From Burkholderiales bacterium (GTDB taxonomy: Bacteria; Pseudomonadota; Gammaproteobacteria; Burkholderiales; Ga0077523), in NCBI GenBank assembly GCA_019745565.1, contig JAIESW010000002.1, positions 62,799 to 126,798 of the forward strand: a stretch of DNA of 64,000 bases, written 5' to 3'. Of this stretch, positions 49,366 to 60,884 are shown piece by piece (the first letter of the stretch is position 1; each line of letters opens with the position of its first letter). A program made the translations under genes and the position numbers. The notes beneath the pieces are model-generated. The model did no database searches, was not told where the DNA came from, and was given only the letters and a program-made list of their open reading frames with translations.

Positions 49366-50145
49366 TTGCCGCTCAACCCTCCCATCGCCGACTGGACCGA
49401 CCAGCGGGTCTGGGTGGTCGGCGCGTCCACCGGTATCGGTGCTGCTGTCGCCAAGGCACTGCTGGCGCGAGGTGCGCGCGTGGCCCTGTCGGCACGCCGG
49501 CCGGAACCGCTCGATGCGCTGGCCGCTGCGGCACCACCGGAGAAGGCCCTTGCCCTGGCCGTGGACGTCACCGACGCGCTATCGGTGGCCGAGGCGCATC
49601 GCGCCCTGATCACCGCATGGGGACGGCTGGACGTGGTGCTGGTGGTAGCGGGGACCTACAAACCCATGCGTGCGTGGGAGCTCGACCTGCACGCGGCGCG
49701 GGCGCTGGTGGACGTCAACGTGAACGGGGTCCTGAACGTGCTCGCGGCGGTGCTGCCGCAGTTGCTCGCGAGCAACGAAGGACACGTGGGCATCGTCGCG
49801 AGCGTCGCCGGCTACGGGGGCCTGCCGCAGGCGCTGATCTACGGCCCGACCAAGGCGGCGCTCATCAACCTTGCCGAGGTGTTGTACCTGGATCTCGCGC
49901 CGCGCGGCATCGGCGTGCATCTGATCTGCCCAGGCTTCGTGAAGACACCGCTGACCGACGGCAACGACTTTCACATGCCGGCGCTGATTTCGGCAGAGGA
50001 GGCCGCCGACCGGACCTTGCGCGGATTCGAGCGCGGCGAGTTCGAGACCCACTACCCGAAGCGGTTCACGCGTTGGCTCAAGGTGCTGCGGCTGCTGCCC
50101 TACCGGCTGTACTTTCCGCTCGTACGCAGGATCACCGGATTGTGA
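49366..50145 (+). CDS. Short-chain dehydrogenase/reductase (SDR).
   Basis: VVGASTGIGAAVA (TGxxxGxG) and catalytic YGPTKAA (YxxxK). Confidence 0.9.
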   Translation: MPLNPPIADWTDQRVWVVGASTGIGAAVAKALLARGARVALSARRPEPLDALAAAAPPEKALALAVDVTDALSVAEAHRALITAWGRLDVVLVVAGTYKPMRAWELDLHAARALVDVNVNGVLNVLAAVLPQLLASNEGHVGIVASVAGYGGLPQALIYGPTKAALINLAEVLYLDLAPRGIGVHLICPGFVKTPLTDGNDFHMPALISAEEAADRTLRGFERGEFETHYPKRFTRWLKVLRLLPYRLYFPLVRRITGL

Positions 50146-50570
50146 CGACACTCTCGCCGGATGGGGTGGCACGCTACTTCGAGTCGATGACGCCCGAGGC
50201 GCTGACGCGCCTCGACACCGTGTACGCGGCGGACGCGTTCTTCAAGGATCCGTTCAACGAGGTCACGGGTCTGCCCGCGATCCGTCGCATCTATGAGCAC
50301 ATGTACGAGGCGCTGATCGACCCGCGGTTCCTGATCGTGAATCGCATCGTGGAAGATGCGCAGGCCATGTTCGAGTGGGATTTCCGGTTCCGCATCCGGC
50401 GCTGGAGGCCGCATGAGGTGTGGAAGATCCATGGGACCACCCATCTGCGATTCGGCTCCGATGGTCGCATCGTCCACCACCGGGACTACTGGGACACGGG
50501 CGAGGAGCTCTACGCGAAGCTCCCGGTGATCGGCGGCGTCGTGCGCTTCCTGCGCCGGCAGATGGGCTGA
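50142..50570 (+). CDS. SnoaL/NTF2-like fold protein.
   Basis: The 142-aa length, the segment YAADAFFKDPFNEV..., and a GTGA overlap with the SDR gene. Confidence 0.6.
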   Translation: MTTLSPDGVARYFESMTPEALTRLDTVYAADAFFKDPFNEVTGLPAIRRIYEHMYEALIDPRFLIVNRIVEDAQAMFEWDFRFRIRRWRPHEVWKIHGTTHLRFGSDGRIVHHRDYWDTGEELYAKLPVIGGVVRFLRRQMG

Positions 50571-50577
50571 GATGCGG

Positions 50578-50650
50578 TCCCCCCCGAAGGGCCTGCGGCC
50601 CTGCCCCCCAAGGGGGCCAGCCCTCTTGGGGCGGCCCGGCGAGGGCTGAG
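50578..50650. repeat. Hairpin-rich G/C spacer element. A related sequence occurs at about 39801-39870.
   Basis: GGGCC-tgc-GGCCC, GCCCCC-aa-GGGGGC and CAGCCCTC-N15-GAGGGCTG. It shares the CCCGAAGGG core with the rfaE2/ferritin-like spacer. Confidence 0.5.
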
Positions 50651-50652
50651 CT

Positions 50653-52110
50653 TTGGCGGACGCCATCGACCGTGCGCTGGTGTGGTTCCGTCGCGACCTG
50701 CGGGCCGAGGACCATGCGGCGCTGTACCACGCGCTCAGGGATGCGCGCGCGGTGTGGTGCGTCTTCGTGTTCGATACCGAGATCCTGGATGCGCTGCGAT
50801 CGCGTGCCGATCGCCGGGTGGAGTTCATCCGTCATGCGGTGTTGGAACTGCAGGCGGCACTGGAGGCGCTCGGCGGCGGGCTCACGGTGCTCCATGGCCG
50901 GGCGCGGGAACTGGTGCCGAAGCTGGCCGGGGAACTCGGGGTCGATGCTGTCTACGCGAATCACGACTACGAACCGTTGGCGATCGCACGCGATGCCGGT
51001 GTCGAGCACCGCCTCGCCGAGGCCGGTCGCCGGTTGCTGACGTTCAAGGACCAGTGCATCTTCGAGAAAGACGAGGTGCTCACCCAGGCGGGCCGGCCCT
51101 TCACGGTGTTCACGCCCTACAAGAACGCCTGGCTTGCGAAGGTCGACGACTTCTTCGTGAAGTCGTATCCGATCGCCGACCGGCGCTCGCGCTTTGCGCC
51201 GAATGCGGGACGCACGGTGCCGACGCTGGCGGAGATGGGCTTCGAGGCCACCAACCTCGCGGCGCTCAAGCTGCCGCTGGGCGCGAGCGGTGCCCGCGCG
51301 CTGTTCCGCGAGTTCGTCGGGCGCATCGACGCGTACGCCGATCGCCGCGACTATCCGGCGGTGCGCGGCCCGTCGTATCTCTCGGTGCATCTGCGCTTCG
51401 GTACCGTCTCGATCCGCGAACTGGCGCGCACCGCACTCGGCATCGAGTCTGCCGGCGCGCGCACGTGGTTGTCGGAACTCGTCTGGCGCGACTTCTACTT
51501 CCAGATCCTGTGGCACCACCCGCACGTGGTGGAGCGCAGCTTCAAGGCGGAGTACGAGGGTGTCGCATTTCCGAACCGCGAAGACCATTTCGCCGCGTGG
51601 TGCGACGCTCGGACCGGGTATCCGCTCGTGGACGCTGCCATGCGCCAGATCAACGCCTCGGGCTACATGCACAACCGGCTGCGCATGGTGGTGGCGTCGT
51701 TCCTGGTGAAGGACCTGCACGTCGACTGGCGGTGGGGCGAGAAGTACTTCGCCGACCAGCTCAACGATTTCGATCTGGCGGCGAACAACGGCGGCTGGCA
51801 GTGGGCGGCATCGACCGGCTGCGATGCGCAGCCTTACTTCCGCATCTTCAACCCCGTGACCCAGTCGGAGAAGTTCGACCCGGACGGCCGGTTCATCCGC
51901 CTGTATCTGCCGGAGCTCGGGCGGGTGCCGGATCGGTACGTCCACGCGCCGTGGACCATGCCGCCGCTCGAACAGGAAGCCGCGGGTGTCCTGATCGGCC
52001 GCGACTATCCGGCACCCATCGTCGATCATGCCGTCGCGCGGACCGTCGCGCTGGAACTGTATGCGGCGGCGTCGGGCCGGCACTCACGCGGGGCCGAACG
52101 CATTGGATAA
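50653..52110 (+). CDS. phrB: Deoxyribodipyrimidine (CPD class I) photolyase.
   Basis: LVWFRRDLRAEDHAAL, TGYPLVDAAMRQINASGYMHNRLRMVVASFL and DLAANNGGWQWAAS. It uses a TTG start. Confidence 0.9.
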   Translation: MADAIDRALVWFRRDLRAEDHAALYHALRDARAVWCVFVFDTEILDALRSRADRRVEFIRHAVLELQAALEALGGGLTVLHGRARELVPKLAGELGVDAVYANHDYEPLAIARDAGVEHRLAEAGRRLLTFKDQCIFEKDEVLTQAGRPFTVFTPYKNAWLAKVDDFFVKSYPIADRRSRFAPNAGRTVPTLAEMGFEATNLAALKLPLGASGARALFREFVGRIDAYADRRDYPAVRGPSYLSVHLRFGTVSIRELARTALGIESAGARTWLSELVWRDFYFQILWHHPHVVERSFKAEYEGVAFPNREDHFAAWCDARTGYPLVDAAMRQINASGYMHNRLRMVVASFLVKDLHVDWRWGEKYFADQLNDFDLAANNGGWQWAASTGCDAQPYFRIFNPVTQSEKFDPDGRFIRLYLPELGRVPDRYVHAPWTMPPLEQEAAGVLIGRDYPAPIVDHAVARTVALELYAAASGRHSRGAERIG

Positions 52111-52167
52111 TGGCGGATGGGGAGGCGGACAGCGGGCCGTCTCCGATCATCCCTAGAGGTCCCTTTC

Positions 52168-52920
52168 ATGGAAATCACGCCGCCGTACGCCTATACGGAC
52201 ATCGTCGTCCTCCACAAGGCACACAAGATCGTCCTGCCCGCAGGGCGCACCATCCCGGCCGCCTTCCACAACCTGAACCCGATCCCGGTGAGCTTCGCGG
52301 AGTTCGTGCCCGCGAGCCGCGACTATCCGATCGTGTTCGTCTCCGGTGACGAGGGCAAGAGCTTCGTCGCCATGGCGGTGGTGGCGCTCGAGCGGGGCCA
52401 GAACCTGTTCGTGCTCTGGGACAAGACGTGGGACCGGCGCAGCTACGTGCCGGCGTACGTGCGTCGCTATCCCTATTGCATGACGCGCGTGACCGTCGGG
52501 GGCCAGGAGCAGCAGGAGCGTGTGATGTGCGTGGAGCGGTCCGCGCTGAACGACGACGGGCAGTCCCTCTTCGACGCGAACGGCGAACCGACGGCGGCGT
52601 GGACCCAGACGCAGAAGTTCGTCTTCGAATACGAATCCGACATCGCACGCACGGAACAGATGTGCAGACAGCTTGCCGAACTCGGCCTGCTGGAGCCGTT
52701 CACGATGCAGGCGCAGCCGAATGAAGGCCAACCGTTCGCGTTGACGGGCATGTTCCGCGTGGCCGAGGCGAAGTTGGCGGAACTGCCGCCGGAGACGGTG
52801 CAGACGTTGCTGCGCAACGGCGTCCTGGCCCGCATCCATCTGCATCTCGCATCCATGGACAACTTCCAGACGTTGCTCGATCGGCGTGCGGCGTTTCTGA
52901 GGAGGACGGCGGCGGGGTGA
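52168..52920 (+). CDS. SapC-family protein.
   Basis: The segments HKAHKIVLP...NPIPVSFAEFVPASRDYPIVFV and YVPAYVRRYPY are typical of SapC. Confidence 0.7.
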   Translation: MEITPPYAYTDIVVLHKAHKIVLPAGRTIPAAFHNLNPIPVSFAEFVPASRDYPIVFVSGDEGKSFVAMAVVALERGQNLFVLWDKTWDRRSYVPAYVRRYPYCMTRVTVGGQEQQERVMCVERSALNDDGQSLFDANGEPTAAWTQTQKFVFEYESDIARTEQMCRQLAELGLLEPFTMQAQPNEGQPFALTGMFRVAEAKLAELPPETVQTLLRNGVLARIHLHLASMDNFQTLLDRRAAFLRRTAAG

Positions 52921-52947
52921 GGGCCGGGGGCGAGCGTCGGCATCGCT

Positions 52948-53038
52948 GCCCCCACCCTAGCCCTCCCCCTGCTTCGCAGGGGGAGGGGACGTACACCCCT
53001 TCCCCCGACTTAGTCGGGGGAACGTTGGGATGGGGGCC
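52948..53038. repeat. Nested-hairpin REP-like element, in inverted orientation relative to the copy at 37449-37538.
   Basis: The outer stem pairs gcccccaccctag with cgttgggatgggggc. The inner hairpins are ccctccccc-N9-gggggaggg and ccccttccccc-N9-gggggaa. Confidence 0.85.
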
Positions 53039-53109
53039 AACAATGCCTCCCCGATTCCCATGTCCGAAAACGGCGGGCGTCCGGTCGCGGTACGGTCGAT
53101 AATGCTTCC

Positions 53110-54543
53110 GTGGAACTCGACTCCGACCGCTGCTATCGCGCGTTGCGCGCCCGTGACGTGCGCTTCGATGGCCGCTTCTTCGTCGGCGTCACGACCACCG
53201 GCATCTACTGCCGGCCCATCTGTCCGAGCCGGCCGCCGAAACGCGAGAACTGCACTTTTCATCCAAGCGCGGCGGCGGCGGAGACGGCAGGCTTTCGGCC
53301 GTGCCTGCGTTGCCGACCGGAACTGGCGCCGGGCAACGCCAGCATCGACGCGGGGGCACGCCTCGCACAGCAGGCGGCGAGCCTGATCGAGGACGAGGTC
53401 GCCGACGGCGGCAGTGTCGACGAGATCGCGGGGCGGCTTAACATTTCCGATCGGCATCTGCGGCGTGTGTTCCAGACCGAGTTCGGTGTCGCCCCGATCG
53501 CGTACGCCCAGACGCATCGGATGCTGCTCGCGAAACGGTTGCTGACCGACACGAGATTGAGCGTCACCGACGTGGCGCTGGCGAGCGGTTTCCACAGCGT
53601 ACGGCGCTTCAATGCGCTGTTCCGCGAACGGTATCGCCTCAAACCCACGGATCTGCGCCGTGCGACGGCAACACGGGAAATCGCGGATCGGTTCATGTTC
53701 GAACTGGCGTTCCGGCCGCCGTTCGACTGGCAGGCGCTGCTGGACTTCTTCGCGGCGCGCACCATCGCCGGCGTCGATGACGTGGCGGGCGATGCCTATC
53801 GGCGCACGCTGCGGATGATCGTGCGCGGAACCGAGCACACGGGCTGGATCGAAGTGCGGCCGGTGGCACGCAAGCACACGGTGCGTGTGTCCGTCTCAGC
53901 GACTTTCGCGGCAGTATTGCCGGCGGTACTGGCCCGGACCAAGCGTGTCTTCGATCTCGCGTGCGATCCCGGGCAGGTGCAGGCGGCGTTGGGTGAACTC
54001 GCTGCGGCGAATCCGGGCCTGCGATTGCCCGGGGCGTTCGATGCCTTCGAACTGGCCGTGCGTGCGGTGCTCGGACAGCAGATCACCGTGCGTGCTGCGC
54101 GCACGTTGGCCGGGCGGTTCGCGGAGCGCTTCGGTGCGCCGATCGAAACGCCGTTCGATGGTTTGACTCGTCTGTTTCCCGCGCCCGCCACGGTGGCGAC
54201 GCTGCCCTATGGAGACATCGCGGCATTGGGGATCATCGCGACCCGGGCGAAGACCATCCTGGCTCTGGCACAGGGATTCGCGAGTGGGTCCGTGGTCCTG
54301 GAACCGGGCGCCGATGCCGACACCTCCATCGAACGATTGCGGGCGTTGCCGGGCATCGGGGACTGGACTGCGCAATACATGGCCATGCGGGCGCTGGCGT
54401 GGCCCGATGCCTTCCCGCACACGGACTACGGCGTGATGAAGGCGTTGGGAGAGAAGAATCCGCGCCGCGTGCTCGCCCTGGCGGAAGCATGGCGTCCGTG
54501 GCGCGCCTATGCCGTGATGCACCTCTGGCAGTCGCTCAAATGA
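53110..54543 (+). CDS. Ada-like Zn-finger/AraC HTH regulator fused to DNA-3-methyladenine glycosylase II (AlkA).
   Basis: N-Ada Cys cluster CRPICPSRPP...CLRCRP, an AraC HTH segment and a HhH-GPD segment LPGIGDWTAQYMAMRAL. Confidence 0.85.
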   Translation: MELDSDRCYRALRARDVRFDGRFFVGVTTTGIYCRPICPSRPPKRENCTFHPSAAAAETAGFRPCLRCRPELAPGNASIDAGARLAQQAASLIEDEVADGGSVDEIAGRLNISDRHLRRVFQTEFGVAPIAYAQTHRMLLAKRLLTDTRLSVTDVALASGFHSVRRFNALFRERYRLKPTDLRRATATREIADRFMFELAFRPPFDWQALLDFFAARTIAGVDDVAGDAYRRTLRMIVRGTEHTGWIEVRPVARKHTVRVSVSATFAAVLPAVLARTKRVFDLACDPGQVQAALGELAAANPGLRLPGAFDAFELAVRAVLGQQITVRAARTLAGRFAERFGAPIETPFDGLTRLFPAPATVATLPYGDIAALGIIATRAKTILALAQGFASGSVVLEPGADADTSIERLRALPGIGDWTAQYMAMRALAWPDAFPHTDYGVMKALGEKNPRRVLALAEAWRPWRAYAVMHLWQSLK

Positions 54544-54550
54544 GGACACG

Positions 54551-55096
54551 ATGATCCACTACACGCACTACGAGTCGTCGCTCGGAAGGCTCCTGATGCA
54601 GTCGGACGGACAGGTGCTGACGGGTCTGCACTTCCACGACGAGAAGCACGCACCGCGGCTGGCAGCGGACTGGTTGCCCGATCCCGATCTGCCCATCTTC
54701 GGGCGGACGCGGGTACAGCTCGACGAGTACTTCGCGGGGACGCGACGGGCGTTCGACGTGCCGATCCGCCCCATGGGCACGGAGTTCCAGCGGCGGGTGT
54801 GGGAAGTGCTGCTGCGCATTCCCTACGGCGTCACCACCACCTATGGGGCGATGGCGCGGGATCTCGGGCAACCCACGGCGATGCGCGCCGTTGGGGCTGC
54901 GAACGGACGCAATCCCATCTCGATCATCGTGCCGTGCCATCGGGCGATCGGCGCCGACGGGACCCTGACCGGATATGCGGGTGGCCTGCATCGCAAACGC
55001 GCATTGCTCGAACTGGAGAGCACCACCATGCCGCTGTTCGGCAAGACGGCGGCCGGAACGCCTCGACGAACACCAGCCACCGACGCACGGAAGTGA
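54551..55096 (+). CDS. ogt: Methylated-DNA--protein-cysteine methyltransferase.
   Basis: Active site IIVPCHRAIG, and TTYGAMARDLG. Confidence 0.9.
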   Translation: MIHYTHYESSLGRLLMQSDGQVLTGLHFHDEKHAPRLAADWLPDPDLPIFGRTRVQLDEYFAGTRRAFDVPIRPMGTEFQRRVWEVLLRIPYGVTTTYGAMARDLGQPTAMRAVGAANGRNPISIIVPCHRAIGADGTLTGYAGGLHRKRALLELESTTMPLFGKTAAGTPRRTPATDARK

Positions 55097-55164
55097 CGAA
55101 CAATCCGCTGCGGCGGGAATTCCTGTTCGAGATGGAAGCGGACGCCGTGCAGGCGGACTGACGT

Positions 55165-56348
<1,184 letters not shown>

Positions 56349-56407
56349 TTATGTCACACGCCCTGCGCCGGGCTTCGGACCGCGCGTCGCTCGCGGGGTC
56401 CCGTGCG

Positions 56408-56746
56408 TCAGGCGCCGAACGCGTCCCGGATCCATTCCACGCTCCCGGCGCCGTCGATCAGCACGGCGTCGAAGCGGCACGGGACCTCGCGCCGCAGCGA
56501 GCCCAGGTACAGCCGGGCCGTCGCGACGATCCGGCTGCGCTTGGTTGCCGTGATGCTGTCCGCGGCGCTGCCGAAGCGCGGATTGGAGCGCTTGCGCACT
56601 TCCACGAACACCAGGGTGCCGCGATCTTCCAGCACCAGATCGATCTCGCCGAAGCGCGAGCGGTAGTTGCGCGTCCGCAGGGTCAGCCCCTGCCGTTCCA
56701 GATAGGCGAGCGCCGCATCCTCGGCGCGCTCGCCTTCGGCCTTCAT
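56408..56746 (-). CDS. yraN: YraN-family (UPF0102) endonuclease-like protein.
   Basis: GEIDLVLEDRGTLVFVEVRKR and RFDAVLI. The internal ATG at 56746 forms an ATGA overlap with the lpoA stop. Confidence 0.8.
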   Translation of the reverse strand: MKAEGERAEDAALAYLERQGLTLRTRNYRSRFGEIDLVLEDRGTLVFVEVRKRSNPRFGSAADSITATKRSRIVATARLYLGSLRREVPCRFDAVLIDGAGSVEWIRDAFGA

Positions 56747-57900
56747 CGACCGCTCACGGGATTCAGCAGCTTGGGTTGACCCTGCACGAACTGCGCGCCG
56801 ATCGCCTCGCGGGTGAACTGGCGACCGCCGCCCGGGGTGAGGTATCCGGTCACGCCGTCCAGCGTGCCGGCATCGTTGAAACCGGACTCGAGCAGCACCT
56901 GCCCGAGTCGCCACGCGTCGATGCCGAGCGCGTAGAAGCGCTCCTGCTCGTAGGACGCGAAGATGCCCTGGGTGCGCGGGTAGGTGATCACCGCCGGATG
57001 ATCCGGCATCAGCAGCCAGGGCATGTCGACGAACGTGACGCCGTTGAGATCGTGCTGCCCGACCACTTCGCCGCCGCCCATGAAGACCTGGGACGTGCCG
57101 TAGGTGGGCAGGATCTTGCCGAGGTACGGGCGGATCGAGCGGGCGCGCGGAGCGTCGAGCGCGAGGAAGATCATGTCGGCGTTGCCGATGGTGATGCCGT
57201 CCTTGATCTTCTTCAGCGCGACCTGGTCGGTGGTGTACATGTACTGATCCACCACCAGACGGCCGGAGCGGGTCCAGTCTTCCGCGAAGGCGGTCGCGAC
57301 GCGTCGTCCGAGCGAATTGTCGGAGGCGATGATCACCGCGCGGCGTCGGCCCTGGGACAGGGCGTACTTCACCATCTGCCGCGCTTCCGATTCGATCTGC
57401 ACGCCGAAGGCGTACATGCCGTCGGGCAGCAGCACGTCGCTGTCCGGGATGGTGAGCGCCAGCGTCGGCACCGTGACGGCGTTGCTGCCGGCGATGGCGT
57501 GCACGCCCGCCTTGGTGAGCGGGCCGATCACCAGGCGCGCGCCGACGCGGATCGCGTGGTCGTAGGTGTCGACCAGTTCCTTGGTGTCGTCTCCGGTGGG
57601 ATACACGATGAGCGGCAGGGCGCTCGGACCGCTGACGCTGGCCCCGGCGATCAGTCCGCGTCGCACCGCATCCGCGAGCTTCCCGAACGTGGCCGACTTG
57701 GTGGGCAGCAGTGCCGCGATGTGCGGTTTCTCCTGCTCCGCGGGCGGCGGGGGAGCGGCCGGCGCAGCCGGTTCCGGCGGCGCAGCCGGCGGAGCCTCGG
57801 GAGCAGCAGGCGTCTGCGCACGCACACCGTCGGTGGTCAAGGCAGCGATGCCCCAGTATAGTGACGTGGCGAGAGTGACGAGGACGCGGCGTCTTTGCAT
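56743..57900 (-). CDS. lpoA: LpoA-like penicillin-binding-protein activator (periplasmic-binding-protein fold).
   Basis: A signal peptide, a Pro/Ala-rich linker and a type-1 PBP-like body. It sits divergent from rsmI and upstream of yraN. Confidence 0.65.
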   Translation of the reverse strand: MQRRRVLVTLATSLYWGIAALTTDGVRAQTPAAPEAPPAAPPEPAAPAAPPPPAEQEKPHIAALLPTKSATFGKLADAVRRGLIAGASVSGPSALPLIVYPTGDDTKELVDTYDHAIRVGARLVIGPLTKAGVHAIAGSNAVTVPTLALTIPDSDVLLPDGMYAFGVQIESEARQMVKYALSQGRRRAVIIASDNSLGRRVATAFAEDWTRSGRLVVDQYMYTTDQVALKKIKDGITIGNADMIFLALDAPRARSIRPYLGKILPTYGTSQVFMGGGEVVGQHDLNGVTFVDMPWLLMPDHPAVITYPRTQGIFASYEQERFYALGIDAWRLGQVLLESGFNDAGTLDGVTGYLTPGGGRQFTREAIGAQFVQGQPKLLNPVSGR

Positions 57901-58776
57901 GCGAAACCCTTCGTGGCCGAGGCGTCCACATTATATGTGGTGGCCACCCCCATCGGTAACCTGAGAGACGTGACGCTGCGCGCTCTCGATGTGCTGCGCA
58001 GTGTCGACGTCGTGGCGGCCGAGGATACCCGGCATACGCGCCTGCTGCTCGACCACCACGGCATCGACGCGAAACTCGTGGCGGCGCACGAACACAACGA
58101 ACGCAGCGCCGCCCGTCAGGTGGCGGACTGGCTGCGCGCGGGGAAGTCGGTCGCGCTGGTGACCGACGCGGGCACTCCCGGGGTGAGCGATCCTGGTGCG
58201 GTTCTGGTTCGCGAGGTGCGCGAAGCCGGCCTGCGCATCGTCCCCATCCCCGGGCCGAGTGCCCTGGTGACCGCGCTGTCCGCCGCCGGCATCGAGAGCA
58301 CCGCGTTCGCATTCCACGGTTTCCTGCCGGCGAAGCGCGAAGCCCGTCGCCAGGAACTCGAGCAATGCGTCGGATCGGAAGTGCCCGTGGTGTTCTACGA
58401 GGCACCGCACCGGGTGCGGGAGACGCTTGCCGACATGCTCGACGTCTTCGGGCCCGTGCGCCGCATCGTGCTGGCCCGCGAGCTCACGAAGCTGTTCGAG
58501 ACCATCCATGAGTGCGCGCTCGGCGATGCAGCCGCATGGATGGAGGCCGATGCGAATCGCGCCCGCGGCGAGTTCGTGCTGATCGTGCATGGCGCACCGC
58601 CGGCGCAGGACGACGCGCGCGCCCGCGAAGGCTCGCGCGTGCTGGGTCTGCTGATGGAAGAGATGCCGGCCTCGGGTGCGGCGCGCCTCGCTGCGCGCAT
58701 CACCGGTGCCCGCCGCAGCGAACTCTACGACGAGGCGTTGCGCCTGAAGGGCGCCGCCGAAACACCGGACACGTGA
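57895..58776 (+). CDS. rsmI: 16S rRNA (cytidine1402-2'-O)-methyltransferase.
   Basis: [36 protein letters not shown]. The start is uncertain: TTG at 57895 or GTG at 57913. Confidence 0.9.
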   Translation: MHAKPFVAEASTLYVVATPIGNLRDVTLRALDVLRSVDVVAAEDTRHTRLLLDHHGIDAKLVAAHEHNERSAARQVADWLRAGKSVALVTDAGTPGVSDPGAVLVREVREAGLRIVPIPGPSALVTALSAAGIESTAFAFHGFLPAKREARRQELEQCVGSEVPVVFYEAPHRVRETLADMLDVFGPVRRIVLARELTKLFETIHECALGDAAAWMEADANRARGEFVLIVHGAPPAQDDARAREGSRVLGLLMEEMPASGAARLAARITGARRSELYDEALRLKGAAETPDT

Positions 58777-58786
58777 AGGAACACGC

Positions 58787-59821
58787 TTGGATCGACTGAC
58801 TCTCACCCAACCCGACGACTGGCACCTCCACCTGCGCGACGGCGCCGACCTGGCTGCGGTGCTGCCCGACACCGCGCGGCGCTTCGCGCGCGCCATCGTG
58901 ATGCCGAACCTGAAGCCGCCCGTCACGACTACCGCGCAGGCGCAGGCCTATCGCGATCGGATCGTTGCCGCGCTGCCTGCCGGCATCCCGTTCGAACCGC
59001 TCATGACACTGTATCTCACCGACAACACGCCGGCGGACGAGATCCGACGCGCCAAGGCGAGCGGCTTCGTGCACGCGGTGAAGCTCTATCCGGCCGGAGC
59101 CACCACCAATTCCGATTCCGGTGTGACCGACGTCGAGCACTGTCACGGTGCGATCGAAGCGCTGGCCGAGGCCGGCATGCCGCTGCTGATCCACGGCGAG
59201 GTCACCGATCCGCGCGTGGACGTCTTCGACCGCGAGCACGTGTTCATCGAACGCACGATGACGCCGCTGGTCCGGCGGTTTCCCCAGTTGAAGATCGTCT
59301 TCGAGCACATCACCACCACGCAGGCCGCCCAGTTCGTGCGCGCGGCGCCGGCCAATGTGGGCGCCACGATCACCGCGCACCACCTGCTGCTCAATCGCAA
59401 CGCCCTGTTCCAGGGCGGTGTGCGCCCGCATCACTATTGCCTGCCGGTGCTGAAGCGCGAAGAGCATCGCGAAGCGCTGGTACAGGCAGCAACGTCGGGC
59501 AATCCCAAGTTCTTCCTCGGGACCGACAGCGCGCCCCACGCGCGCCACACCAAGGAGACGGATTGCGGCTGCGCGGGGGTGTATACGGCGCATGCGGCCA
59601 TCGAGCTGTACGCGGAGGCCTTCGAAGCGGCTGGTGCCCTGGACCGGCTCGAAGCATTCGCGAGTTTCCACGGCGCGGACTTCTACGGTCTGCCGCGCAA
59701 CTTCGGCAGGATCACGCTGGAGAAGCGCGCGTGGAAAGTACCGGAAGCGCTGCCCTACGGCCGCCACACGCTGGTACCGATGCGCGCCGGCAGCAGCGTC
59801 GGCTGGTCGCTCACGGGATGA
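58787..59821 (+). CDS. pyrC: Dihydroorotase (homodimeric class II).
   Basis: [23 protein letters not shown] and DSAPH. It uses a TTG start preceded by AAGGA. Confidence 0.9.
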   Translation: MDRLTLTQPDDWHLHLRDGADLAAVLPDTARRFARAIVMPNLKPPVTTTAQAQAYRDRIVAALPAGIPFEPLMTLYLTDNTPADEIRRAKASGFVHAVKLYPAGATTNSDSGVTDVEHCHGAIEALAEAGMPLLIHGEVTDPRVDVFDREHVFIERTMTPLVRRFPQLKIVFEHITTTQAAQFVRAAPANVGATITAHHLLLNRNALFQGGVRPHHYCLPVLKREEHREALVQAATSGNPKFFLGTDSAPHARHTKETDCGCAGVYTAHAAIELYAEAFEAAGALDRLEAFASFHGADFYGLPRNFGRITLEKRAWKVPEALPYGRHTLVPMRAGSSVGWSLTG

Positions 59822-60717
59822 ATCGGGAAAGCCTCGCGCGCTACGCGTGGCTGTCGATCGCCGCGGCGATCGCGACGATCGGTCTCAAGACCTCGGCCTG
59901 GTGGTACACCGGTTCGGTAGGGCTGTTGTCCGATGCGATCGAGTCGCTGGTCAATCTCGCCGCGGCGATGGTGGCCCTCTGGGCGTTGAAGCTGGCGGAG
60001 CGGCCACCCGACGAAGAGCACGCCTACGGTTACAGCAAGGCGGAGTACTTCTCGAGCGGTTTCGAGGGCGGCCTGATCTTTCTCGCGGCGCTCGCTATCG
60101 TCTGGACCGCTGTCCCGCGCCTCCTGGAACCGCAGCCGCTCGAACATGTCGGCATCGGTCTCGCGATCTCGGTGATTGCGTCGTTCATCAACCTGGGTGT
60201 CGCCCTGGTGCTGCTGCGTGCCGGCAAACAGTTCAACTCGATCACGCTCGAGGCCGATGCGCATCACCTGATGACGGACGTATGGACCTCCGTTGGCGTC
60301 GTGGCAGGCGTAGGAGCGGTCGCCCTCACGGGCTGGCAGCGCCTGGATCCGGTCATCGCGATCGCGGTGGCGCTCAATATTCTGTGGACCGGTTTCCGTC
60401 TGGTGCGCCGCTCGGCGCTCGGACTGCTCGACCGGGCAGTGCCCGCGACGAGCCGCGATGCGATCCACGCCGCGCTGGCGCACTACGAGGCGCGCGGCAT
60501 CGCGTTCCATGCGCTGCGAACGCGCCAGGCGGCCGGCCGTAGTTTCGCATCGGTGCACGTGCTGGTGCCGGGTGCCTGGACCGTGCAACAGGGTCACGAT
60601 CTGGTGGAAGAGGTGGAACGCGACATCCGCGCGGCCGTTCCGGGCACTTCCGTGATCACCCACCTCGAACCGCTCGAGGATCCGAAGGCCCAGGACGACG
60701 TCGGGCTCGATCGCTGA
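59818..60717 (+). CDS. Cation diffusion facilitator family transporter.
   Basis: [26 protein letters not shown], six TM segments and a cytoplasmic C-terminal domain. An ATGA overlap joins it to pyrC. Confidence 0.85.
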   Translation: MNRESLARYAWLSIAAAIATIGLKTSAWWYTGSVGLLSDAIESLVNLAAAMVALWALKLAERPPDEEHAYGYSKAEYFSSGFEGGLIFLAALAIVWTAVPRLLEPQPLEHVGIGLAISVIASFINLGVALVLLRAGKQFNSITLEADAHHLMTDVWTSVGVVAGVGAVALTGWQRLDPVIAIAVALNILWTGFRLVRRSALGLLDRAVPATSRDAIHAALAHYEARGIAFHALRTRQAAGRSFASVHVLVPGAWTVQQGHDLVEEVERDIRAAVPGTSVITHLEPLEDPKAQDDVGLDR

Positions 60718-60884
60718 GGACGCGGTCGGGATTTCGCGGATGCTGAATCTCGATGGTGGACCGGCGCGCGTGGTGGACGCGCGCTTCCGGTTCGATCTGA
60801 ATGCCGACGGCACGCCCGATTCCGTGCCGCTGACCGCGGGCGACGCTCTCCGGGAGGCCGGCCTTCTCGTGGACCGAGAAGACG

